64,000 bases of DNA, taken from assembly GCA_049521795.1 (NCBI GenBank), contig JBEKOM010000003.1, positions 1 to 64,000 of the forward strand, given 5' to 3'. Of the stretch, positions 50,113-59,887 are shown piece by piece (positions within the stretch are counted from its first letter, which is position 1; each line of letters begins with the position of its first letter). The notes below the pieces were generated by a model. The model was not told the origin of the DNA. It saw only the letters and a program-made list of their open reading frames with translations, and searched no databases. Source of the DNA: Candidatus Bathyarchaeia archaeon. Lineage in GTDB: Archaea > Thermoproteota > Bathyarchaeia > Bathyarchaeales > Bathycorpusculaceae. Position numbers and translations under genes: made by a program.

Positions 50113-50266
50113 AGTCCAACCTAATTCAGAACACTTTATAAATTTTACGGATGGTTTGGGTTCGCGCGCGCTAACCCAACGCACACTTTGCGCAGCTGGA
50201 AGAAGCTTTAGCAGATGATACAGTTAGGATTTTCTGCTTTTCATGGAAGTCTAGCGAGATTGCAAA

Positions 50267-50725
50267 GTGTTAAATGCGATATACACTGATGCTTTTCTGG
50301 GGGTGAGAAAGTTGGTTTTAGGGGAAAAACTGTGGGAGGAAAAGGGCAAAGTGGTAGCGATGTCAATCAAATCCGTAGGGCCTGAAGGTGTACACATGGA
50401 ACAGACTTTTACGAGCGTAGTGAAGGGTTTTGGCCGAGCCCCAAGCGGCACAAACATGGGAACATTAGACCTTGTCCAGGCTCCTGACGGAGGCTACAGC
50501 GGAAGCGGTCAAGGGATATTCACGTCCCAGGACGGGGATACCGTGATTTGGAAGATTCACTTCTTTGGTAAGATGGAAGCAGGCAAGAGCCGGGACTTTA
50601 ACGTCGCAAGGTTTTGGACTGCCTCTCAAAAGCTCGCTTGGATGAACGGGGCCATCGCTGCTATAGAAGGCACTGCTGACATGAAGACTATGGAGTTGAG
50701 CGGCACAGGTTACGAGTGGAAGTAG
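50267..50725 (+). CDS. Conserved archaeal hypothetical beta-barrel-like protein
   Basis: LGEKLWEEKGK...GQGIFTSQDGD...KLAWMN...YEWK. The true start is probably ~50312. Confidence 0.7.
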   Translation: MLNAIYTDAFLGVRKLVLGEKLWEEKGKVVAMSIKSVGPEGVHMEQTFTSVVKGFGRAPSGTNMGTLDLVQAPDGGYSGSGQGIFTSQDGDTVIWKIHFFGKMEAGKSRDFNVARFWTASQKLAWMNGAIAAIEGTADMKTMELSGTGYEWK

Positions 50726-51005
50726 GCGAGAATTGCGCTTGTCCACTTCCAATTGCCTTTCCTTTTTCATTTTGAGTTGTTCTAATAATTCAAGACAGAA
50801 GCGTCATGATAAATAACTTAACATCCATGGACCCTAATCGAACAGAATCACCCAACACACTCTTTTTCTTCCAGAAGAAGAGGAGGAGAAGAGGTAACGC
50901 CAAGTGTGCTCATAAGGAAGTCCAAGGGATTATTGGTAGCCGCAAAAAGACCGGAGACGCAACCTGTAAGGGTCTCGGGTTTTCAAGGGCGTGCGCACTG
51001 AGGAA

Positions 51006-51103
51006 TGGTGGGCCCGGGGCGATTTGAACACCCGACCAACAGGTCTCTCAACGCGATGAACATTTATGAGCCTGGCGCTCTAACCGGGCTGAGCTACGGG
51101 CCC
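51006..51103 (-). tRNA. tRNA-Ile2(CAT) with 20-nt intron at 37/38 (51045-51064), CCA encoded
   Basis: GGGCCCG acceptor stem (Ile-type rather than Met), CTCATA anticodon loop, canonical BHB (CTCA/TGAG helix), T-loop TTCAAAT. Confidence 0.88.
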
Positions 51104-51214
51104 AGACGTTGGTTTGATCCCTTTAGTATGCTGTTTCAGAGTCAATTTAAACGTTTTCCGCATCTGGGCCACTGTAATGAAAGCGCGGGCGTCACAGGCA
51201 GAACCAGCGTGTAA

Positions 51215-52117
51215 TCATGAATGACTGCAGGCTTTAGTGCGTTCGTAATGATACAGATACTCTTGTGCGTAACCCGCGTACTTGCCGAAGTACAGTCTTC
51301 CAAATAAGTTCAGCTGCCTGTATCCTGATTCGCTGAGGGATTTCTGACCTGAGATGGTGTCCACAAAATTGCTTGGAAAACTGCTAGCGTAATGCCTCAA
51401 AACTGCTCTTCTGATCCATACATCGACTGGAAAAGCATCGAGTTTTTCAAGGGAAAAAAGCAGGACACAGTCTGCCACCTTGGGGCCCACTCCTGGAAAT
51501 CTGAGCAATTCCTCTTTTGCTCGGTCATAAGCTGCCTTCTTTAATTGTTCCAGATCATAGGCGTTCTTGAAGATTTCCTTTGAGGTTTGTGAAACGTACT
51601 TCGCCCTGTAGCCAAGTTCACATTCTCTCAGACTATTCAGAGTTGCTTTGGCCAGTTTCATCGGGGTTGGAAACGTGAAGAAACTGTAACCGTCAAGAAC
51701 GACTTTTCTCCCGAATTTTCTGGAAAGATGCTGCAGCATCCGTTTTATTGCCGCAATATTCTTGTAGGTTGCGCAGATGTACGAGATGAGACATTCCCAT
51801 GGGTCTTGCCTGAGAATGCGAAGACCCTTGAACTCTTTAATCGCCTTCTCTATGTGCTTGTCTCTGTTGATTTGTGAAAAAATCTCTGGCAGGTCATCGT
51901 TCAACCCGAAGTATCTCTTGACGAAGGTTTCGCGTGCGTTTTCAAACTCCAGCTTGTCTCCGCTCTGTCGAACTTTGAAAACATCTTCTCCGACTGTGCC
52001 GTACCACCAAGCGCCCTGTTTTTCCCACGGGAACGTCTGTCCACAGCACAAAGTGAAGTTCAAGTCAAAAGGAAGCGGAAGATCCAGTTGAACCATGGTC
52101 GATCTCACGCTATTCAT
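51215..52117 (-). CDS. 8-oxoguanine DNA glycosylase (OGG1-like, HhH-GPD)
   Basis: GQTF.W, GLRILRQDPWECLISYI, LGYRAKY, GVGPKVADC, FPVDVW, YAGYAQEYL. Confidence 0.92.
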   Translation of the reverse strand: MNSVRSTMVQLDLPLPFDLNFTLCCGQTFPWEKQGAWWYGTVGEDVFKVRQSGDKLEFENARETFVKRYFGLNDDLPEIFSQINRDKHIEKAIKEFKGLRILRQDPWECLISYICATYKNIAAIKRMLQHLSRKFGRKVVLDGYSFFTFPTPMKLAKATLNSLRECELGYRAKYVSQTSKEIFKNAYDLEQLKKAAYDRAKEELLRFPGVGPKVADCVLLFSLEKLDAFPVDVWIRRAVLRHYASSFPSNFVDTISGQKSLSESGYRQLNLFGRLYFGKYAGYAQEYLYHYERTKACSHS

Positions 52118-52179
52118 TCTTCAAAGTAGTTTTAAACCCTTATTGATCAAGAATGCATGGAAAGCTGGCGACAGCGAGG

Positions 52180-54363
52180 TCACCTGAGGATTTCGTCCAC
52201 AAAAGCCCTCGGTTGAGGCACTTCAGCCGGCAAACCTCTTCGCACACGGAGCTGCTTGACCACTTCGGCCTCAAGCTTTTCAGACATTTTCTCCCAGTGG
52301 TTGAAGGTCAGCTGCAAAAAAACATGGCCGGAGGTTGCGGTCCGCATTTCTGCAGGGAGGCCGAAAGTCTGTGCGACTGGAACGTAGCCTGTTATGATTG
52401 CTGCCAGTCCTTTCTGCTCAGTGGCCTCTATTTTTCCGTGTCTGCGAGTTATTATCTTGGAGCACGCGCCAAGCCATTGCAACGGAACGGACACTTCGAC
52501 CTTGTAAATCGGCTCCAACAGTGTAGGGTTCCCTGTCAGCAACGAACCCAGAATCGCGCGGCTTATCGCCCGCATGACTTGGCTTGGTTCTCGATTTTCG
52601 GGATTTCTGTCAAACTTCACGTCCATAAGCTTGACTTTCACGCCTCTCAAAGGCTGTTCGCTAAGAGGCCCGGTTCTGCACGTCCAGATGAAACCTGACA
52701 CGACATCGTTCTTCACCTCCTGAAGATGCTCAGTGTGCTTGGTTGAATCTACTAGAATGTTGATGTGCTCGTCCACGGCCCAAATCTCTTCGTCCACATT
52801 TTTTGCAAGCTTGTCTTCACTGCGTGTTAGGCCCTTTTCTAGGATTGTTATCGTTTTCCTTTCAAGCGGCTCTGTCTGAACCCAGAACTCGTTAAGCTTG
52901 TTAGGACTCTTCGTCATCACGAGTGCTCCACTTTTGAGAACAGTTTCTCTGTACGCTGCAATCGGGCTGGTTGCATCAAGCTTGACGTCACCGATGTGCT
53001 TCTTCAAGAAGTTCATGGCAACGTCCAGGTGAAGCTCGCCCATTCCGCTGAGCAAGTGTTGGCCCGTTTCAGTGTCCACGGTTGCTACGAGGTTTGGGTC
53101 TTCAATCGAAAGTCTTTTCAGTCCCTCAAGAAGGCTTCCTAGGTCTTTAGGGTTCTTCGGTTCTACCGCTATGGTCATAACGGGCTCTGACTCGCGGAGG
53201 GCATTCTCAAACGGAATGCAGATGCTCTTGTGTTCAGCATCGACGACCGTTTCCCCGGCCCTTGCTGATTCAAGTCCTGTCAACGCTGCAATGTTGCCAG
53301 CAGAAATGTGGCTCACAGCTTCCCTGAAAGCACTCATGTAAAGGGAAACGCTTTGCACGCAGTGGTCTTTGCCTGCGCTAACCAAGTGAACATTGTCGCC
53401 TTTTTCCACAGATCCCGAGAAGATCCGTCCAGTGGCAACCAAACCCTCGTTCTGAACTATCTGAGCCGCAGTTATGTCTATCACCGTTGGCCCTTGGTCG
53501 TCGCAGTTCACCATTGCCTGACCGATCTCCGACGTCAAACTGCCCTTCCAGATCTTTGGAACGCGGTATCGTTGGCTTTCTACAGGGCTTGGCAGGTTCT
53601 TCACGACCATGTCAAGTATTGCGGTGTGAAGAGGAACAACCTGCGAGAGTTCCTGCCATGCTTCATGCTCATAGGCGTCCGTGAAGTCACCATCACTGAA
53701 CCTCATGCCTTTCTTCTCAGCTATTTCCAAGGTGAATCCCCACCTGTGTAGCGCTGAACCGAAGACGACGCTCTGTTTTGAAGGGTCAACTTTCCAGTTC
53801 TCCTTGAACCTTGGCTCACAATAAATCTCGATGATGTTGTTGAAATCCGTGATAATTCGGACAAACTTTTTCTGAATCGCATCGGGGGAAAGCTTCAGCT
53901 CCCTTATCAGACGGTCAACCTTATTTATGAAAAGAACAGGTCTCACCCTCTCCTCAAGAGCCTGACGCGTGACAGTTTCCGTCTGAGCCATCACCTCTTC
54001 AACGGCGTCCACAACGACGATCGCACCGTCAACCGCGCGCAAAGCCCTCGTCACTTTACCAGTGAAGTCCACGTGCCCAGGAGTGTCCACCAAGTTTATC
54101 AGATAAGGAGACCCGTCCACTTCATGCAGAAACGAAATGTTTGCCGTCTTAATCGTGATGCCGCGTCTTTGCTCTTCTTCCAAATAGTCCAGAACTCTTG
54201 CTGAACCTGCTACGCGTGACGGCAGAAGTCCCGCTTCGACCAGCAGCGAATCGGTCATCGTTGTCTTCCCATGATCGATGTGGGCCACCACGCAGACGTT
54301 GCGAATACGCTCTTTCTTGCCCATCAACCTCAGCAACTCTGCCGTCTGCCGAAACTTTGGCAC
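52180..54363 (-). CDS. Elongation factor 2 paralog (aEF-2p type, lacks diphthamide His)
   Basis: AHIDHGKTT, RGITI, DTPGHVDF, NKVD and GMGELHL present. The domain IV loop reads DRNPENREPSQV instead of HEDxxHRGPAQ. Confidence 0.88.
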   Translation of the reverse strand: MPKFRQTAELLRLMGKKERIRNVCVVAHIDHGKTTMTDSLLVEAGLLPSRVAGSARVLDYLEEEQRRGITIKTANISFLHEVDGSPYLINLVDTPGHVDFTGKVTRALRAVDGAIVVVDAVEEVMAQTETVTRQALEERVRPVLFINKVDRLIRELKLSPDAIQKKFVRIITDFNNIIEIYCEPRFKENWKVDPSKQSVVFGSALHRWGFTLEIAEKKGMRFSDGDFTDAYEHEAWQELSQVVPLHTAILDMVVKNLPSPVESQRYRVPKIWKGSLTSEIGQAMVNCDDQGPTVIDITAAQIVQNEGLVATGRIFSGSVEKGDNVHLVSAGKDHCVQSVSLYMSAFREAVSHISAGNIAALTGLESARAGETVVDAEHKSICIPFENALRESEPVMTIAVEPKNPKDLGSLLEGLKRLSIEDPNLVATVDTETGQHLLSGMGELHLDVAMNFLKKHIGDVKLDATSPIAAYRETVLKSGALVMTKSPNKLNEFWVQTEPLERKTITILEKGLTRSEDKLAKNVDEEIWAVDEHINILVDSTKHTEHLQEVKNDVVSGFIWTCRTGPLSEQPLRGVKVKLMDVKFDRNPENREPSQVMRAISRAILGSLLTGNPTLLEPIYKVEVSVPLQWLGACSKIITRRHGKIEATEQKGLAAIITGYVPVAQTFGLPAEMRTATSGHVFLQLTFNHWEKMSEKLEAEVVKQLRVRRGLPAEVPQPRAFVDEILR

Positions 54364-54680
54364 GCCTCACACCCACTTCAAGACTGATACCTTTTCTATA
54401 TTCCAATTAGAATTAGAATGTTTAGAACTTCTCCGAGATTTGCTTTATCATCCAAATGCGTGTTCCTTCCCTGATCTGAGCAGAATTCCAGAAGAGGAGG
54501 GTTTGCAGCAAAATGGGCGTGTGCAGAGGTTCTTCTTATACGAAGCCTCGTAAACGACTAAGTCCTTCTTCGCCCTTTGAACGCAGACTTCCACTCGTGC
54601 TCGTTCAAAAGCGTACTCTTGCAGCAAAGGTTTAAGGCTGTTGGAAGTAGTTGACTTGGCTTGAACAGGTGTGACGTGAC

Positions 54681-55070
54681 TTGAAAAGAACAGTAGCCCT
54701 AGTGGCTCATGACAACAAAAAGACTGATCTCGTGGAATGGGTTGAATTTAACAAGGGTACATTGGCGCTTCACAACCTTTATGCAACAGGGGGAACAGGG
54801 AAAAAGATCATAGAGAAAACAGGCCTAAACGTTGCCTTACTCAAGGACGGCTCTCAGGGAGGAGACATGGAGCTCGGCGCTTTGATAGCTAACAGAAAAT
54901 TAGATTATCTGATCTTCTTCTGGGACCCGTTGGAATCTCTTCCTCATGACGTTGACGTTAAGGCCCTTCTCAGGATAGCCGTCCTCTACAACATCCCGAC
55001 TGCCTGCAACCGAGCGACAGCGGACCTAATCATCTCGAGCCCACTGTTCTCGAGAGAATACAAACCCTAG
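54681..55070 (+). CDS. mgsA: Methylglyoxal synthase
   Basis: ALVAHDNKK, ATGGTG, GGD..LGA, FFWDPL..PHDVDVKALLR. Confidence 0.95.
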   Translation: MKRTVALVAHDNKKTDLVEWVEFNKGTLALHNLYATGGTGKKIIEKTGLNVALLKDGSQGGDMELGALIANRKLDYLIFFWDPLESLPHDVDVKALLRIAVLYNIPTACNRATADLIISSPLFSREYKP

Positions 55071-55149
55071 CCGCAACACTGCAAATTGCAAAATGGAAAT
55101 TCTAGATAGTGCGCGCTCGGCTAAAGGTTATGAAAATCTCGTAAGCACG

Positions 55150-55654
55150 TACCTACAGCGAAAGGCTTTCAGCGTGGTCGGCGTTGACAGTTCTCCCCTC
55201 GCCGTCAAAAGTCTGCAAACTGAGAGGGCTAAAGAAAGCCAGGGTGATGTCTCTTGAAAACCTACGCTTCAAACCCAACGCTTTTGGTACGGTACTCATG
55301 TTCGGCGGAAACTTCGGCTTTATGGGCAACTCTAAGAAAACGAGAAGACTGTTCAAGAAACTTCGAAGGATAACCTCCAAGAACGCTATTGTCATAGCCG
55401 AAACACGGGACCCCTACAAGACAGACAACCCGCTGCACTTGGAGTATCACAGACTAAACAGGAGCAGGGGAAAACTGGGCGGACAGACAAAGACAAGAGT
55501 GCGGTTTGAAAAAACAGTCACAAAATGGATTGAATGGTTAATCGTGTCCAAAGAAGAAATGAAACAGATCATCAACGGAACAGGATGGAAAATCAGTCGA
55601 TTCATAGACTCTGAAGACGCAGGATACGTAGCAATAATGGAAAAAGCTGCTTGA
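55150..55654 (+). pseudogene. Truncated, frameshifted class I methyltransferase
   Basis: YLQRKAFSVVGVDSSPLAVK in one frame continues as VCKLRGLKKA in another (extra A in AAAA at ~55207-55210). Motif I is absent upstream. Confidence 0.7.
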
Positions 55655-55680
55655 GTAGCAAACAGCTAGCTTGGGTTTGT

Positions 55681-55814
55681 TGGCGCCGGGAGTGGGACTT
55701 GAACCCGCGCGGCCCCAAAGGGCCACTGGCTTACTTGCTAGGAACAGATTCCCAAACATAAGCGCATTTTCTTTTGCCTCAAGGCCAGCGCATTAACCAC
55801 TCTGCCATCCCGGC
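55681..55814 (-). tRNA. tRNA-Ser(TGA) with 46-nt intron at 37/38 (55732-55777), CCA encoded
   Basis: GCCGGGA acceptor, CTGGC/GCCAG anticodon stem, long variable arm, G discriminator, BHB CTTG/CAAG. Confidence 0.92.
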
Positions 55815-55991
55815 TCGTAGCTAGTTACGTTTCTTGTTTTTTAAAACCTTTTGTGTTGGCTTTCGAATGATAGACCACCAGTCGCTCTTTTGGAGAACGG
55901 CTTTCTATTATGCGAAGGTGAGACTCCCCCAGTCCGGTCTGCCGTCTCGGCTTTCATACTAGTTACGTTTGGTGTTTCTTAGAATCTTTTC

Positions 55992-56777
55992 ATGAAGCCT
56001 ATGTATAGGCGCTGGGCTGTTCTGTTAGCATCAAGCATTAATAATACTTTAACGTCGACATTGATGGGGCCTTGTGGCTTCGTGGAGAGCTATCTCGTCT
56101 ATGCTTCAGCGACGCTTGTCGCATCGGGTTCAATAGCCTTGGCTCTCGCTGTGTTTCTGCGCCTGAGACTTAACAAGCTGAGGGGTCTTTCAAAGAACGC
56201 TGAGGCTAGCGTGTTTGACAAAACCTTTGTTGTGTTTGACCCGTACGAAAAAATCACGATTTTTCACAAATTGCTTTCCCTCTTGCCCTTCGTGCCGCTA
56301 ATCATCGGCTTCGGCGCCGGTTTGCTCTTCTTGGTGATCATCGACTCAGGTCTCTTGCTGACATCTCTCGTGTTGATTATGGCGCTGGGCCTGATCGTCT
56401 TGGAAGAGTTGCCTGAGGTGTACGCTGAGTCGAAGACCCTTATCAAGGCGATACAGGGTGGAAGCAGCCTTGGGATTGGTGATATTAGGCTCCTTCAGGT
56501 GACAAAGAAGATTCTGCCCCGCCTCAGCTTCTACTACGTTGGTCTTTCAGCTTTTCTCTTTGCTTTCGCGGCGGTCCTGCCTATCGTGTGGTCTTCAGCC
56601 CTATGGTACTTCGCACTGTCCATCGGCCTTTTCCTTCAGACGAGCAAAGCAGCCGGGCCAATAAGCTGGATGATAGTCATTGCTCTCTTTGCCTTGGCTG
56701 TTGCTGCCTTCGTTTTCTTGGCAACGATGGCCAAAAGCCGAATTTTCGGTCATAAGACGGACTTAGGAGCTGTCTAA
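55992..56777 (+). CDS. Hypothetical membrane protein
   Basis: About 6 hydrophobic segments. Start uncertain. Confidence 0.65.
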   Translation: MKPMYRRWAVLLASSINNTLTSTLMGPCGFVESYLVYASATLVASGSIALALAVFLRLRLNKLRGLSKNAEASVFDKTFVVFDPYEKITIFHKLLSLLPFVPLIIGFGAGLLFLVIIDSGLLLTSLVLIMALGLIVLEELPEVYAESKTLIKAIQGGSSLGIGDIRLLQVTKKILPRLSFYYVGLSAFLFAFAAVLPIVWSSALWYFALSIGLFLQTSKAAGPISWMIVIALFALAVAAFVFLATMAKSRIFGHKTDLGAV

Positions 56778-56960
56778 GAAACCGCTTAGAACAGGCAGCT
56801 GGGGCGTTCATGAAAAGCGCGTTGGCTTGTCCCTAAATTCGCAAAAAGCGCTTATCTGAGAGCATATACGTTTTGCATATACAGTTGACGAGCACCGTTG
56901 AAGACGGCGAGGCGCGCGCTAGGACTGATGGGAGCTCGTACAGTTGGACAGGTACACACA

Positions 56961-57467
56961 CTATTTTGCATCTGCCAGATATTTCAGGTGAAATGGTTTT
57001 CTAATAGTTCTTTGGTTAATGTCTGAAATGAAGCTTTGGCTTTCGATCAATACGTCTGAAAACTCGCTGTCGTGCTTTCTCATGAACTCTGCAAAGTCTG
57101 AATAGCTCTTGTGGAATGAAACAAAGATGCCATCCCATCCCATTCCTTGCCCTTCTATGGCTAAGATAACGTTTGGTTGTTTCATCATCCACTCTTCCAC
57201 CTTCCTGAAGGATTTATCCCTCACTTCGGGCGTGGCATACTTGATCTTGTGCTTTACAAAGCTGAACGCAACAAGTTCATAACCGGCTTTTTCCCATTTT
57301 GGTATCGCCGTATATCCATCAATGAAGTCCTTTTCAAGGGCTATCCTTCTCCTGCTGACAGTAGGTTGCGACACACCCAGAGTCCTGGCTAGCTCTCTGT
57401 CACTCCTGCGACTATTCTTCATCAGCTCATGCAGAAGTTTGTAGTCGATAGTTTTCATTTTCTCCAT
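56961..57467 (-). CDS. Lrp/AsnC-family transcriptional regulator, paralog of 49030-49554
   Basis: LMKNSRRSDRELARTLGVSQPTVSR...YTAIP...GYEL. Confidence 0.9.
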   Translation of the reverse strand: MEKMKTIDYKLLHELMKNSRRSDRELARTLGVSQPTVSRRRIALEKDFIDGYTAIPKWEKAGYELVAFSFVKHKIKYATPEVRDKSFRKVEEWMMKQPNVILAIEGQGMGWDGIFVSFHKSYSDFAEFMRKHDSEFSDVLIESQSFISDINQRTIRKPFHLKYLADAK

Positions 57468-57585
57468 ATCACATCATTGATTAGTTCTTTTTGGAGTTCT
57501 TATGACTTGTGGAAGAAATCCTATGCATACAATAGTCCAAGATACGGTGAAAAACTTCCAGAGGGTCTCTGAAATCTTTGTAGCT

Positions 57586-58077
57586 TTAGGCTTTTGATTG
57601 CTGAAGCTTCTGTTCTTTCTTCTTCATTTCATTGTATAGGTATTCAAACCACTCAAAGAATTCTGGGTTGTGATATTCCTTTCTCATACCTTCAGCGAGA
57701 GGCTTCATCTTCTCCCACATTATGTCTATGGGAAAAAGTTGACTAATCAGAGAAGCGTCTATGAGCCCATTTCTGAAGAGAACCCCAATTTGCTCAAAGA
57801 AGTTGCCCATCATCATGAACGACATGGGAACCTGGTTTCTAGACATGGGTTTTCCATACCTTTTTACAAAATCGTCGTAGTCTTTGAACTCAACTTCGAA
57901 GATATCCACAAATGCTTCTAAGAATTCTTTGTTTGTGGAGATATCATAGGAGAGTCTGGTTACAAGGTCTGTTTGTCTCTGCCTTACCAGATGTCTAAGT
58001 TCCTGAACAGTCAGAACAACACCTACCAGCACGCCTGCTGCTGCAACCATTGCTGAAATCTCTGTAATGTCAACCAT
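57586..58077 (-). CDS. DUF4760-like membrane-anchored protein (paralog 3)
   Basis: MVDITEISAMVAAAGVLVGVVLTV..RQRQTDLV...WFEYLYNEMKK. Confidence 0.8.
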   Translation of the reverse strand: MVDITEISAMVAAAGVLVGVVLTVQELRHLVRQRQTDLVTRLSYDISTNKEFLEAFVDIFEVEFKDYDDFVKRYGKPMSRNQVPMSFMMMGNFFEQIGVLFRNGLIDASLISQLFPIDIMWEKMKPLAEGMRKEYHNPEFFEWFEYLYNEMKKKEQKLQQSKA

Positions 58078-58564
58078 TCTTCACACCTTTTTGCTGGAGT
58101 CGCTGTTCTCTTTTCCTCATTTCATTGTAGAGATATTCGATGTGTTCAGCATATTGTGGATAGTTGAACTTTTTCCTAGTGTCTTCTGCTATTGGTTTCA
58201 GTTTTTCCCAGAACCATTTGCTTGGTCCAGTGAAGAGGTCGTCAACCAGCCTTATGTCTATTAGTTTATTCTTTAAGAGAACACCTAATGCTTCAAAGAG
58301 GTAAGTAGACTCAGGCGTAGGATTAGAACGAATATTATATTTCTTAACAAAGTCGTTGTAGTCTTTGTAGTCGCCCTTGATGAATTCAGTCCAATGTTCT
58401 TGGAACTCATTACTGCCAAAAGTGGCATATAACCTCAGGACAAGGTCTGTCTCTCTTGTTCTAGCTTGGTGACGAATATCTAGAATGTAGTAGACAACAC
58501 CCATAATGACGCCTGCAGAAGCAATAGCTACAGAAATAGTCTGAACATCAACCACTATTGACAC
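58070..58564 (-). CDS. DUF4760-like membrane-anchored protein (paralog 4)
   Basis: SVAIASAGV..GVVYY..RETDLVLRLY...EYLYNEMRKREQ. Overlaps the paralog 3 start. Confidence 0.8.
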   Translation of the reverse strand: MSIVVDVQTISVAIASAGVIMGVVYYILDIRHQARTRETDLVLRLYATFGSNEFQEHWTEFIKGDYKDYNDFVKKYNIRSNPTPESTYLFEALGVLLKNKLIDIRLVDDLFTGPSKWFWEKLKPIAEDTRKKFNYPQYAEHIEYLYNEMRKREQRLQQKGVKNG

Positions 58565-58697
58565 CCAGAAGACAAGATTAGCCGAGATCAGTATTAAAGA
58601 CTACATCATATAGAGAACGACATAGAAAAGAAGCTTCCAGTTGTCATTCAGAAAAGACAATAAAAGAAAGTGATGGTCTGATATGCTTTTGCTGTTC

Positions 58698-59168
58698 TTA
58701 ACTCTTCTTTGGCTTTTTCAGCATTGAGCCAGCATACAGCCCGATGAAAGTCAATACCAAGATCAGTACGACATTCAGAACGACGTAGGTCATTAGTGCC
58801 AATTGTCCATAAACGTACCAATCCGTTTTTGTCCACGCACCCGTAGCGTACATACTCTTTAGGGTTTCATCAATCCAATCTTTGTAATAGGGATTGGCAG
58901 CAGCACTTATCATCACATAAAAAGCCACGACCCATGCGGACAAAACAGATATTTTACCGACTGCTCTAATTCTGGATTCTTCTTGTATCTTTCCAGCAAG
59001 AACGTAGCCTACAACTAATGCGGCGATTAGCATGGATATGATTCCAGCAGAATTCATTCCCCAATAAGAGCTTATGGACGGAATCAAAGCTGCACCTAAG
59101 ACAAACCAAATCATAACATCAATCACATCTATAGAAGCCACAGCTAGAATTACGTCACCAAATTTCAA
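58698..59168 (-). CDS. Hypothetical membrane protein (4 TM)
   Basis: SD GGAGGTGA before TTG 59168. Hydrophobic segments. Confidence 0.7.
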   Translation of the reverse strand: MKFGDVILAVASIDVIDVMIWFVLGAALIPSISSYWGMNSAGIISMLIAALVVGYVLAGKIQEESRIRAVGKISVLSAWVVAFYVMISAAANPYYKDWIDETLKSMYATGAWTKTDWYVYGQLALMTYVVLNVVLILVLTFIGLYAGSMLKKPKKS

Positions 59169-59253
59169 CCTATCACCTCCCTTGAAGCCAAAAACACATG
59201 TGTGTTCTCGGTTCACCTATAAGGTTTACGAAAAACCTAAAAACTGATCATCT

Positions 59254-59793
59254 TCAAACGGTTCTTGTCAGTATTTGTGGTTCTTTCCATTCATCCCTGA
59301 GGATGCTGAACATGACGGTGTCTCTCCATTCTCCATTACTGAAAAATCGTTTTCGCATTATCCCTTCTTTTTGGAAACCTGAATTCTCTAGAACCTTTTG
59401 TGAGGCAACATTTCCAACATCTGTCGTGGCTTGAATGCAAGCTATGTCTTTTGAGAGAAACAAGTAATCCACCATCATCTTTGTAGCTTCGGTGCAGTAG
59501 CCTTTTCCTCTTTCGCTTGGAAGTAATGCATATCCTATTTCCTGCATTTTCGTATAGGGTGCAAGCATGTTGAAGTGTGCTATGCCACCGATTTTGGTTC
59601 CGTCTTTCTTCTCAATAATGAATTGTCTATATTCCAAGGGATTGGTTTCAAAAGTCTTCTCCATGTCTGTCTTGGTTCTCTGTATTGGAGAGAAATATTC
59701 ACCCCAGAACTCGGGGTTGTTCATCCATTCCGCAATCAGAGGCAAGTCCTCCTTTTCCACAACCCTCAGATTCACACTCTTGCCTTCAAGCAA
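59254..59793 (-). CDS. GNAT N-acetyltransferase (RimJ/RimL family)
   Basis: EIGY...ERGKGYCTEA, NVASQKVLE..GFQKEG..R, GEWRD. Confidence 0.92.
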   Translation of the reverse strand: MLEGKSVNLRVVEKEDLPLIAEWMNNPEFWGEYFSPIQRTKTDMEKTFETNPLEYRQFIIEKKDGTKIGGIAHFNMLAPYTKMQEIGYALLPSERGKGYCTEATKMMVDYLFLSKDIACIQATTDVGNVASQKVLENSGFQKEGIMRKRFFSNGEWRDTVMFSILRDEWKEPQILTRTV

Positions 59794-59887
59794 TCTGTAT
59801 CACCACATGTTTCATCGAATGTTTTCAGCTCTTATGGTTTGTGATTGACCACTCTAAGCTTAGAGCAACCGTACTACGATGAAAAAC

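Noticed and set aside
55200-55215. Programmed frameshift in the methyltransferase
   Set aside because: The gene also lacks its N-terminal SAM-binding motif, so simple pseudogenisation is more parsimonious.
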